The translations under genes were made by a program, and so were the position numbers. A stretch of 64,000 nucleotides of DNA from Eledone cirrhosa (taxonomy: Eukaryota), in NCBI GenBank assembly GCA_964016885.1, contig OZ024740.1:241490001-241554000 (forward strand), read 5' to 3'. Below, one piece after another: positions 1 through 13,070 of this stretch (position 1 is the stretch's first letter; each line of letters begins with the position of its first letter). The notes below the pieces were generated by a model. The model was not told the DNA's origin, searched no databases, and saw nothing but the letters and a program-made list of their open reading frames with translations.

Positions 1-415
1 CATATATATATATACATATTATACATATACAATATATATATACATATATATATATACATATATATAATACATATATATATATACATATATAATATACATA
101 TATATATACATATATATATATATATGTTAATATATATATATAATATATTATATATATACATATATATATATATATATACATATATACATATATATATATA
201 CATGTATATATATATAATATACAATATATATATATAAATATACATATATATTATATATATATATATCTATATATATATATATATATAAATACAATATATG
301 TATATATATACATATATATTATATATATATATTAATATATATATTATATATATTATATATAAATATATATATTATATATAATATATATATACAATATATG
401 TATATAAATATATAC

Positions 416-446
<31 letters not shown>

Positions 447-458
447 ATACAATATATG

Positions 459-506
<48 letters not shown>

Positions 507-673
507 CAATATATATATATACAATATATATATACATATTTATATATATACAATATATATATATAACAATATATATATATATATATACATATATAATATA
601 TACATATATACATATATATATATACATATTATACTTATATACATATATATATATATACATATATATAATATAC

Positions 674-722
<49 letters not shown>

Positions 723-768
723 CATATATATATTTATACCTATAGTATATATATATATATATATATAG
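1..768. repeat. Degenerate (TA)n microsatellite; similar (TA)n/(CA)n tracts at 1140-1820, 2830-3150, 42190-42850, 43480-44890, 49820-51330, 51630-52080, 56100-56720, 57450-58373, 60140-61165 and 62900-64000
   Basis: Direct inspection; source of the Y/I-rich spurious ORFs. Confidence 0.97.
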
Positions 769-809
769 AATATATTAATAAATGGAAACTATATTTATAA
801 AACCATAAT

Positions 810-875
810 TATTTTATTATATATATTTCAAGGGCTACCAAGGTACATTATGGTGCGCTTTCATCAGATAAAATA
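810..875 (-). ncRNA. Type I minimal hammerhead ribozyme, family A (mirror copy at 940-999 +)
   Basis: UAUUUUAU-CUGAUGA-stem II-GAAA-U-AUAU-A-UA-AUAAAAUA; 8-bp stem I and palindromic loop 3. Confidence 0.75.
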
Positions 876-1137
876 CAGATTTGTTTTATAAAGAAATATT
901 ATTTATAAAGAAATATTTATTTATAAAACAAATCTGTATTTTATCTGATGAAAGCGCACGATAATTTACCTCGGTCGCCCTTGAAATATATATAATAAAT
1001 ATAATTATGGTTTTATAAATACAGTTTCCATTTATTAATATATTGTATATTTACTCCAGTAACTTGTTGAATGCTTTATATCAGTTATAAAAAATTTGTT
1101 AAGCTTGTTGAATCACAACAAATTAAATACAACCTCT

Positions 1138-1218
<81 letters not shown>

Positions 1219-1575
1219 ATATATATATATACAATATATATATATACAATATATATATATATATTATATATATATATAATATAATATATATACAATATAT
1301 ATATATATATATATATACAATATATATATAAATACAATATATATATATATATACAATATATATTATATTATATATATACAATATATATATATATATATAT
1401 ATACAATATATATATATATACAATATATATAATATATATACTATATATATATATATATATACTAATATATATTATATATATATATATATACAATATTTAT
1501 ATATATACAATATATATATATATATATACAAATATATATATATATACAATATATTATACATATATATATATATAT

Positions 1576-1616
<41 letters not shown>

Positions 1617-1621
1617 TATAT

Positions 1622-1659
<38 letters not shown>

Positions 1660-1675
1660 ATATATATATATATAT

Positions 1676-1713
<38 letters not shown>

Positions 1714-1825
1714 ATATATATATTTATATATGTATATATATATGTGTGTGAATATGTATATGTGTATATATATGTATATATATATATGTATATATATATG
1801 TGTGTGAATATATATATATGTGTGA

Positions 1826-2823
1826 ATATGAGAACAAACGTGCTGTGTGGTTGCAAATGGGTTACATATGAATAAAGTTAGTCCTTCATCAGTGATCTTC
1901 CAGCCATCATTGTTATTTCATCGCTTTAAAGACCATATACGTCCGGTTGGTGCGAGCAACGGCTAAAGAAAGTCGTTGGGGACACGTAAATAAGAGGAAC
2001 GAGCGAGATTGTAAACAAACAAAGATGGTAAAGCAACGAAAAGTGAGGAAGAAAGAGTCAAGTCTCAGATTTCCCTGAATATATATTCGGTGAAATCGTA
2101 GACGAGAGAGAGAAAAGGGGAACCAGCTGGTCAAGCCTTGCAAATGGGGGTACATATGAAGAAAGTTAGTCCTTCATGATGGAGGACTAACTTTATTCAT
2201 ATGTAACCCATTTGCAACCACGCAGCACGTTTGTTCTCATATTCACACGTATATTTTCCCCCGCTGTGACCCGTCTTTTTCGTTCTTACTGCTTCCTCTT
2301 TCTGTATCTTTACCCTCTCTAACAGTCACTCTCTCTGTTAGCCTCTTCTTCACCCTTCACTCACTCACTCTCTGATACTACCTCTCCTACTTCCTCCCGT
2401 TTGACCTGTGCGTAATTCTTTTCTCTCGCACGCTTGACCAGGCTGGTTCCCCTTTTCTCTCTCTCGTCTACGATTTCACAGAACTTATGTTCATCGAATT
2501 CACGGACTGGGCTCCTTCTTCCTCCCGTTTGACCTGTGCGGAATTCCTTCCTTGCTCACATTTCGACTAGGTTTGATGGTCTTTATTCTCTCTCGTTCAC
2601 GATTTCACCGAACTTATATTCATGGAAATCTGGGACTTGACTCTTCTTCCTCACTTTTCGTTGCTTTACCATATTTGTTTGTTTACACTCTCGCTCGTTA
2701 CCCTTATTTACGTGTCCCAACGACTTTCCTTAGCCGTTGCTCGCACCAACCGGAGGTATATGGTCTTAAAAGCGATGAAATAACAATGATGGTTGGAAGA
2801 TCACTGACGAAGGACTAACTTTA

Positions 2824-2830
<7 letters not shown>
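1826..2830. repeat. Inverted, rearranged pLTR-like repeat between (TA)n tracts
   Basis: 1826-2176 is largely the reverse complement of segments within 2177-2830. Confidence 0.75.
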
Positions 2831-2863
<33 letters not shown>

Positions 2864-3068
2864 ATATTTATATATATATATATACAATATATTTATATAT
2901 ATATATATATACAATATATATATATATACAACATATATATATATATACAATATATATATATATACATTATATATATATACAATATATATATATACAATAT
3001 ATATATATACAATATATATATATACAATATATATATATACAATATATATATATATATATATATATACA

Positions 3069-3099
<31 letters not shown>

Positions 3100-3104
3100 T
3101 ATAT

Positions 3105-3149
<45 letters not shown>

Positions 3150-3151
<2 letters not shown>

Positions 3152-4895
3152 TTAAGTCGTTTGGAAGCCTTGACAATGCAGATGGGTAAATCTCCGGGTA
3201 ACAAGATCCGGTGGTGGAGAGAGAGATGTAAGTGGGTGTACGTTGAGATGCGTGGCGTGTAGAAAACTGTAGCGTGTAGAAGAATGTAGGAAAGAGCGTA
3301 AATGATAAAAATAAAAATAAAAACAAAAACACGAAATAGAGTTACCTTGGGAGAGATTTAATTGCCCTATATATTTCGGATTCACATTCATCAACTAGGA
3401 TTTTTTGCAGGGGGGGGGGGGGGGGAGGTTGTCTGTCGGAAAGGTGCGAAACGTCTCCTCCGCTGTTCGTTGTTTTGAATATCTGAGGTATTCAGCAGAG
3501 CGCGCGTGCGCGTGAAATGTAGTCGGTCAAGCAGAGGTCAGCGGCCGAAATACTTCTTTCAATTGTGGGAGTGGGGTGGCGCTAGCTGTCAGTCCATAGT
3601 ATTCTCTGCCTGTTTGGTGAACGTTACCGTGTGTGTGTGTGTGTGTGCGTGTGTTGTTGTCTCGCTTGAGTGTGTGTGTGTGTTGTTGCCTTGTTCCTCT
3701 GTATTGGCAGTGTAGTATGTTCGTATGGTGGAATGCTACTGTGTGTGTGTGCGTGTGTTGCTGTCTCGCTTGTGTGTGTGTGTGCGTGTGTTGCTGCATC
3801 GTTTGTTAACTTAAACCAACCACCTCATGTCGCTTCTCTCGGATTGGTTGTTTAATTGTGGTCCTAGGCGTTTGATCCTTGATACGTACTGTGCCGACGT
3901 TTCTTTCTATCGCTAGAATTGTGACAATGGGCCTTCCGTCTTTGTTTCCGCATTTGGCTATGTGTTTCCGGAAAGACGAGGCCCTGGTTTTAGTGTGCTC
4001 CTTGATCCGGATGTGCAGCGGCCTGATTGTGCTCCCTATATAGTATTGGTTGCACTTGTTACATTCTATCTTATACACGACGTATGTGCGTAGGCAACAG
4101 TTCGCATGGCGCATCGGGCAGTGTCTGGGGGAGCACGCGTCAGTTGATTTCCCGGGTTTCCTAGAGAGATATCTTCGCAGGGAGGGGCCCCAGAGGGCCA
4201 GGTGGATGTCGAGGCCCTCCCTCGTATAGCCTTGCGGATAGCGTTGGTGGTATTCTCGCCCAGGTGTGGCATTTAAAGGAAGCACTTGCCTTGGGTGCCT
4301 CTCTGTCTCTTGTGTCTGGTGTCTCCTACTCTTTCTGCGAGCGAGGTAGGGTACCCGTTCGTCTCCAGCACCTCGAGGAATCGCTTGGTATGAGTGACAC
4401 CACTCGCGGGATCGCGGCATCTGTTTTTGATTCGCGCGATCTCGTTCGTGATGTATCCTCTTTTGGCACTGTTAGGGAGGGCGAACTTGTAGTGGACGAA
4501 CAGGTCCCTGCAGTCTGCCTTTCGGTAGAAGTTGCAGTGGATCCCTCCCTGCTCCGTGATGTTGATTTGGAAGTCGAGGAGGGCAAGTGACCCGTCGTCG
4601 TTAGGGTGTTCAACACTGAAATCAATATTCTCGTCCGTGTTGTTGAACGTCCCATAAATTCCGTTCGCCATCTCCTGGGAAGATGTGAGGATGAGGATGT
4701 CGTCTACGTACCTTGAGAAAAAGGCAACGGCGTTGGGGTGACAGGCATTGAGTGCCTTGCGCTCGAGGCTGTCCATGTAAGAGATCGCTAGCACACCCGA
4801 CAGGCTTGAGCCCATGGGCAGTCCCGAGGTTTGCTGGTATGTTTGGTCAAGGAATCCGAAGTAGGTGTTGTCGACGACGATGGATAGGAGTTGGT
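3150..4895 (-). mobile_element. 5'-truncated Penelope-like element (RT C-half plus GIY-YIG), frameshifted, between (TA)n tracts
   Basis: GLPMGSSLSG, RYVDD, LALLD, FYRK, NGYP (4273-4890) and VYKIECNKCNQYYIGSTIRPLHIRIKEH (3806-4270). Confidence 0.88.
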
Positions 4896-4924
4896 GTATA
4901 TATATATACAATATATATATACAT

Positions 4925-4987
<63 letters not shown>

Positions 4988-5250
4988 AGGCATGTATTGA
5001 GTTAGAAACTCAAAATAGTCTCATTACAGTAAATTAGCTCTAAGAAAAAAGCTTTTCCGAGCCGTATAGTATAACTGAACCAAAAAGAAAAACGAACATA
5101 GACATTTACATATATGTATTCACATCGTAATGGACCAGAATCGCTAAGGGGAAAAAAAATACTAACTACAGAAAATATGGTTTGTCAGACTCAAATTTAA
5201 GAATAAATGAAGAAAAATAAATACAAACCATAATTGTGATAACAACCGAA

Positions 5251-5332
5251 CACCCGGACAGTTATGATAGAAACTGTTTCGCAATTTTATTTGTGAAAAC
5301 GATTAACAAAGTCATCAGCCCATCAGCGAGTG
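5251..5332 (-). ncRNA. Hammerhead-like motif (A9G variant)
   Basis: CACUCG-CUGAUGG-long stem II-GAA-ACAGUU..AACUGU-C-CGGGUG. Confidence 0.55.
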
Positions 5333-5788
5333 AAGAAATTAGTAACGTTATCACTTCTAAATATAATTAGAAACCGGATAATGTGTGTATATGTAACCAT
5401 ATTGTCTGCACTTAATATTTTTTTCACCTTAGCGATTCTGGTCCCATTTGAACACATATCTGTAAATGTCTGTGTTCATTTTTCTTTTTTGTTCAGTTAT
5501 CATATATATATATATATATATATGGAAAAGGATGAAACGAAATTTCATTTCTCACTCTTAGTCCGGCTGATACTTAAATGTAAGTATGTACACCTACATA
5601 CATATATGAATACAAACGTACAGTAGTATGTATATATATACATACGTGTACACATATATATATATGCACGTATGGGGTTACCGATCATTTATCATAATGT
5701 TCGGTTTGTTTATAAACAAACAGCCCGAATTACGCCGTACAGTATTTGGAAACCATCGTCGCCTTTTTTGTTCAACACTGACATAGGA

Positions 5789-5831
5789 ACGATGTACTAG
5801 TTTCGAGCTTCTTAGCTATCGTCAGCATTGT
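5789..5831 (-). ncRNA. Hammerhead ribozyme, family E
   Basis: ACAAUG-CUGACGA-uAGCU..AGCUc-GAAACUAGUA-CAUCGU. Confidence 0.72.
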
Positions 5832-6166
5832 ATACCTTTCTGTCAGATGATTGAACGTTTGAAAGTATATACTTTCCTTATGCATATCAACGACTGAGCA
5901 GCCTAATTTGCATATCGAGTGAGTTAGTCGGCCGGGCGAACCGAAAACGATAAATGGAAAAGGATGAAATGAAATTTCATTTCTTACTCTGAGTACGGCT
6001 GATACTGTACGGCGTAATCGGGCTGTTTGTTTACAAACAAACCGAACATTATGATAAATGTTCGGTAAACCCATACGTGCATATATATATATGTGTACAT
6101 GTATGTATATATACACATACTAGTGTACGTCTGTATAGATATATGTATGTACGCGTACATACTTAC

Positions 6167-6213
<47 letters not shown>

Positions 6214-6299
6214 CGAAGGAGTTGTGGTAAGGAACCAGATGGACCATAAGGTACCAGAGTACTCAATACTTAGGGTAGTAGAGTGGGGTCATACATTTT

Positions 6300-6332
<33 letters not shown>

Positions 6333-9139
6333 TATATATATATATCTATATTAATATAAATCGTTTTTATGTAAGGAATATTCAAAAGTGTGAGAGCACA
6401 CAATCAATAGAAGACGTCTGTAATATATAATGATTTATTTCACTATAGTCACTATAGTGTCATTGATACAATTTTTTCACCGAGAATCCAGATCTTCAGC
6501 CGTTAACACCATCATGCAATGATGGAACGATGTTCTTTTAAACGTAATATAATTGCACATATTATGTGAAACCCTACCTTTTCTAATTTATACTTATCGT
6601 AACGGAATGGTTTGCTGGCAGTTAGAGATTCTGAACCAGTGAAGGTTGTATTTTAACCGTTCAATCGAACAATGGTACAATGAAGATTTGTAAAACATTC
6701 TAAAGTTTCTCCCAGTGTCCATAGTTTACACAGAATTTTGATACACTAGTTTGAAACAAATAATCATTGAGCAGCTATGTTACGCCATTTGTTGCAAATA
6801 ATTAATGAGTGCAAAAGTTTCACATTTTCAAAATTAAATAGCTTCATTAGCGTACACTAGCAGAAAACCACCCTTAGGGTGGTTTTCTGCTAGCATGTGT
6901 AGTGTGTATATTGATATTATACGCAAATATATATGCATGTAGAAATGATATGTCAAATAAAATCGTAACTGACAATATCCATAGAAATGGAAGAGAGTCT
7001 GTGTTACACTTTCTTCTGTAATCAGTAAAGTAATCCATGATACATTAAAAAAGACGATATTATATATAAACTGCACTAGGAGAAAATTAGCGATGGAAAT
7101 ATATGCAATGTTTTTATAAGTGTTATAATATGACGGGCTCTAACCGGAAGTGTTGACATTTGAAAAATTTAAAGAAGTGAATCTTGAAATAAGCAATAAA
7201 ATTATTTATATTTAATCAAGAGTTACGAAATTTAGTACATAAATTATGTAATATCCATTCATTATTTATTCAAAGTAATCCCACTTATTTTACAAACGGG
7301 ATAAAAATATATATTCTGGACGCAGTCCCGCACTCCATTCTTTATTATAGTTAAGATTATTTATTTAACATTTAGGGCGGTGTATTAGCATTATTGGTAG
7401 ATATAGGCTTTGCCAATATATTAGCTTTGCCTTTCATCCTTACGGGGTCCATAAAATACCAGTAACGTACTGGGGTCGATTTAATCGACTTTCCCTTTCA
7501 CAGGCCTTGTGCCTAAATCAGAAACCATTATCTATTTAACGTTCTACGCGGAGCTTTGTAGCACTTCTTTCTTACAAATTAGATTTTCTGTCTCTTTTTG
7601 ATATATTTCTTGTTTGACTTTCGTTAAAATCTTATTACCGTTTATGAAAAGCCATATTTTCCCTTACGTATATCTTATCTTATATAGGTGTCATGATATA
7701 TCTATTCACCATTTATGGTGATATCTCTAACTAGTAAAATAAATCTAAATCAGGTAAATGCAGAGAATTAACTAAATGGCCATCACAATGATTAATTTCA
7801 GAATGCCAATATACAAATCTCATTAAACACCTGTTTGTTCTACCGAATTAGTGAAACGTTTCAACAAGATTTATAACATTTATATGGTTCAGTCTCCTGA
7901 ACCATACTGGAAATAATTTATGGCAGATCATTACGTCAAAATTGAATTCAAAGAATTTTGAAAATAATTGTTTCTAATTTTTGGCACAAGGACAGCAATT
8001 TGAAAGGAAGGGGGTGGGGGAGTCGATTAAATCAATCCCAGTGCGTTACTTGTACTATTTCATTTTATCGATCCCGTAAGGATGAAAGGCGAAGCTAACC
8101 TCGACAGGATTTGAACTCAGAACGTAAAGGCCTATAACTAAATGCTGCAAAGTATTTTGTCCGATGTTTCTGCCAATTCACCGCCCTATTTTGAAAATAA
8201 TGAATTTATATTTGTGGTACTTCAGAAAGAATTATATAAATGGTTTTTGACAGTATGAGTAAAAAGATTAGCGCACGCACGCACACACACACAGACACGC
8301 GTTCATGCACACGCACACACACGGACATATATAGACACACGAATTGATTGTTAAATTTGGGTACAAAAATAAGTTTAAATTCTATTTTTGAACCAAGACT
8401 TAAAACAATAAATAATTAAATTTGAACCAACATTTTCTTTACAAATATATTCCAGAACATTGTAGGTGTTGGATCTTTACTTACTTGAGCACGAAAACCT
8501 ATAGTGTATAAGCTTTATTTTGTTAACCGTCAAATACAGTATTTTATCTGATACTGATATCTTTTGTAGAATTATTTATAACTCGTTTTTTTCTTATGTA
8601 CAAATATCATAATTAGTGAATAATAGCCAACCTTGGTTACGGGTTTCTAAGGGGACAATAACTAGTTCACTATATTTCTGATGTTGAAAGTGATGACGAT
8701 GTAGAATTTTTATTTTATGTGACTTTGCTCGTAAAACATGAGTTTTTCTGGTTATTCGTAATGTTTATCGTTTACTGGCATACATCTTCAAAATTCGAGC
8801 GCATGCACACCTACTCGCATACTCATAAACATAGAAGACAGGTTTCCAGACAGTTTTTGTTGACCAAATTCCACTCGCAAAATACTGCTCAACTCAACAT
8901 TATTGAAGACATATGCTCAACATACTCATAAACATAGAAGACAGGTTTCCAGACAGTTTTTGTTGACCAAATTCCACTCGCAAGATACTGCTCAACTCAA
9001 CATTATTGAAGACAATCCGGAACCACATAGTCGCTAAGTGAATAACCTACGGTAAGAGAACATTTCAAAATGTTTAATTTGCCGTAATTTGCATCAGAAC
9101 CTTTGTAGAGAAGTAGGTGAAATAGTTAAAAGAAATTAC

Positions 9140-9303
9140 CAAATGGAAGTGTGGGTTGTCATCAAATTCAATATGTATGTTATTGAAGTACCATTCGTGT
9201 ACTGTATCTATATTAGGGTTGTAAGACACGTCACAACGCAGAGCTGCTGTTTCGTTCACAAGGACTTCTGTATTTTGCGGCTTTGCAGTTATAACTAATG
9301 CTT
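9140..9303 (-). CDS. Contactin-like exon, Ig6 N-half
   Basis: tatttcAG|...|GTaatt, 164 nt, phase 1-0; EALVITAKPQNTEVLVNETAALRCDVSYNPNIDTVHEWYFN...PHFHL. Rest of Ig6 and FN3 exons not found in the window. Confidence 0.88.
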
Positions 9304-9880
9304 CTGAAATATTAAAAAAAAAGCAAGGAAAATTGAAAAGATATCCTTTGTCAAATATATAGGTTACAACACAATTATCATACTAGTTCACTGTTATGAA
9401 ATGTGAATAAAAACGAAACCTTAGAGATATAAAACTTTATTCCAAAAGTAATTCGTAGGCAAATTCATTTAAGATCATATAGTTAGATTAGATATTCGAA
9501 ATGTTCCCCGGAACCAGCAGAAATTGTAAACAGCAATAAGAGTATCGTATTTAAGTGATTGTTAACAATCATCTCAAATGAGAAGCAACAATGTGATACT
9601 GAGTATTCATATGGAAACATTGTGGCTTGAAGCAGCTGTCTTGTCACGTTTAAAGTAACCACGTGAAGAGATGCATATTTGATAGAACGTCATATTTGAT
9701 CGGAAGTAATACTAAATCTTTTCGCTTTTCCCTTTTCCTTGCCCTATCCCCACCATTGTTTTCTTCTTGTCCTTGCATCCTATTCTTTTAGTTTATTGCT
9801 TTACGCCCAGCTTCTGCTTAAAGTTGTTTCTAATTTGCTATTGTCGTCATCAATAATTTAAATTCCGATGTATGTATGTA

Positions 9881-9910
9881 CTTCTGGTTTTATAATTTCA
9901 CACGTATTTA

Positions 9911-9965
<55 letters not shown>

Positions 9966-10663
9966 TTTCTAACATAGATACAAGACTATTTCATTGGAAT
10001 TTACACAATATCAACTAGGTAGATATGTATGCATGTCTGCATACGTCTGTATGTGAGCAGGTATGGACGTTATTGTATGTGTGGATGTGGATGTTTTGAG
10101 TTATGTGTGCATGTGTATATGCTTTGTATTTGTAGATGCAGAATTTTTGTATTTGTATTAGATGCAGAATTTTTGGAATGTTTACATATTTCTATTGTTA
10201 CATTAATGGATTGCACTTGTAACTTCCGAAATAGTCGTGTAGATAGGTGGGCTCTTACGCTTCGAGGTTCGTAAATGTTGTTGGAGGGATATGATGTGAC
10301 ACTCAAATGCTGTTTGGCCCGATGTTGGGCCTCTGCTTCCCTGCTTACGTTTCGAGTAGAGCGGTCTATGTCACTGTTGAAGTGGAAGTTTCCGGTGTTG
10401 TTTAGAATTTTTCGAGTTTTAACATCAATTGCTCGGATTTCGTCTATCATCCATTCGAGTATTCCAAACGTTGGTGTTAGGACAGATACAGCAAACACAT
10501 CGTGAGCCATTGTTTTACTGTGCGCAGAGAGTTCCGATGATCATATTTTTCTTAATCGGGTGTAATATTCCTTGGTTACGCGTTCCTTATTACAAATACT
10601 ATTATAGGATATAATCTCATCTATCCCCTGGTCTATAGCAGTTCTCATCAGTCTATCCCCAGG

Positions 10664-10665
<2 letters not shown>
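9881..10665 (-). mobile_element. Dong/R4-like copy with internal deletions
   Basis: GIDEIISYN..KERVT, TPTFGILEW, NFHFNSDIDR, KLQVQSIN plus family 3' UTR. Confidence 0.85.
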
Positions 10666-10695
<30 letters not shown>

Positions 10696-10718
10696 TGTAT
10701 GTATGTATGTATGTATGT

Positions 10719-11354
<636 letters not shown>

Positions 11355-11369
11355 CGCGCACACACACAC

Positions 11370-12780
11370 ATGGAGATACCAGTCACCGTTGTTCAGAGTG
11401 TAGGATCGGTCCAGTGCAAGGCCTTTCATCACTTAGGAAATAAACTTCAAGCACAGGCGTCATATGATCCAAGCATCTTTCACGTATGTTGCATGAGTAT
11501 GGCAGGCCGTAGCTGAAAGAGACAAACCACTAAGAAACGATGAACTCAAATAATGATATATTTGTCAATGGCAATGTGGGCTCTGGAACAAGAAGTGAAA
11601 GGGTTTGACTTAGCAGGTATCCCAGAGAACTTCAGCCCAGGTCTGGTCGTCATCCGGCTATTGCGCGAAAACCAAAACCCAAACATTTTAAATATTAGTT
11701 TCTGGAATGTATGGACATTGTTAAACCGTGAACCTGCATCATCTTGTCCTAAAAGAAGGTCAGAACTTGTGGTTAAAGAGCTTCAACAGTATAACGTGGA
11801 TGTTGTAGCCTTGTCTGAAACTATGTTTGTTGAGGAGGGTTATTTTCAGGAATGGCTTGGGGGGATACACTTTTTATTGGATTGGAAGGTCCGAAGGATT
11901 GAAAAGAGGGGCTGGGGTGGATATGCTGTTAAAAATACAATTGTTTCCAGACTAGAAGAGATTCCGCTTGGTTTCTCTGATCGATTCATTTCTCCGAGGG
12001 TTCCACTATCAAGAAATTCTCGAACATTTTCATCAACAATGCCTTCGTCATATACTCAATATCAATTGGTAATCACATATGAGTGATGTTAAAGTGCTGG
12101 AACGAAGTCATTTTGAAAGTATTGAATCTCTCATAATACAATATAGGTTGCGTTGGAGCGGCCATATTGTAAGAATGCCAGATCATCGTATTCCTAAGCA
12201 GTTACTAGACGGGGAGTTGGTAAAAGGCACTTCCGCCAAGGAATAAACCAAAACTCAGATATAAAGTCTACATCAAAAGAGCTTTGATAAAGTGAAAAAT
12301 CAAAGAAGATAACTGGGAAGACATTGTCATAGATCGATCATATTGGAGGAAAAATGATTTTAATGGAAAACAGGAATTTAAAAAATCTCGCGTGGAACAT
12401 GAAAAGGCAAAGAGGGTCTACACGATATTACTTTACATGGGTTTTCGGATGCTCAAAATTACTTAATATGCAATGAGTGTGGCCAGATTTACCTCAGTAA
12501 AGCTGGTCTTAGAAGTTATCATAAAAGCCATGTACAAAATGTTGCCAGTTATAGTCTCTTTGGTATTTCTTCCTGTCGGAATTGTGGAAAACAATGTGCC
12601 TCGACCGGTGTACAACAACATCATTTGAAAACTCACCAAAGCAAAACAGGGAACCGACGTGAAAGTAATGTTCATTGCATCATATGTAGAAAGGAATATA
12701 AAGCGTCATGTTTGTGATACCTATGTGTGAGAGGAGATCAAGTGGTGGACATTCTTGAAATCAAAATGCAGCCATCATGT
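11370..12780 (+). mobile_element. RTE-like LINE with large internal deletion (APE start fused to RT end and C2H2-like tail)
   Basis: ISFWNVWTL..RRSELVVKELQQYNVDVVALSET (APE); RLRWSGHIVRMPDHRIPKQLLDGEL (RTE C-terminus); ends cagccatc(atgt)n. Confidence 0.82.
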
Positions 12781-12819
12781 ATGTATGTATGTATGTATGT
12801 ATGTATGTATGTATGTATA

Positions 12820-13070
12820 TTCTTTTGGTTTTATTATTTCATACATTTTCACCAATATAAAGAAACCTAGTTTCTAACATAGACACAAGACTCTTTCATT
12901 GGAATTTAGACTACCCCAAATCGGTAAATACATATGTCTGTATGTGTTTCTGTGCATGTGTGCAGGTATGGATGTCATTGCATTTGTGAATCTGTATGTT
13001 TTGAGTTATATGTGTACATGTGCATATGTCTCTGTATCTATACGTGTATATGTAGTTATTACATACTGAA
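12820..13070 (-). mobile_element. Dong/R4-like 3' UTR-only fragment
   Basis: ttctaacatagacacaagactctttcattggaatttaga matches the family 3' UTR; flanked by (ATGT)n. Confidence 0.75.

Noticed and set aside
3365-3462. HHR-like traces downstream of the 3150-4895 PLE (ttgatga...gaaatatata on -, cgaaacgtc on +)
   Set aside because: Core and stems cannot be closed convincingly
8485-8498. Possible 14-nt minus-strand microexon with GTAAGT donor
   Set aside because: Weak acceptor, length shifts frame, and no matching downstream exon was found
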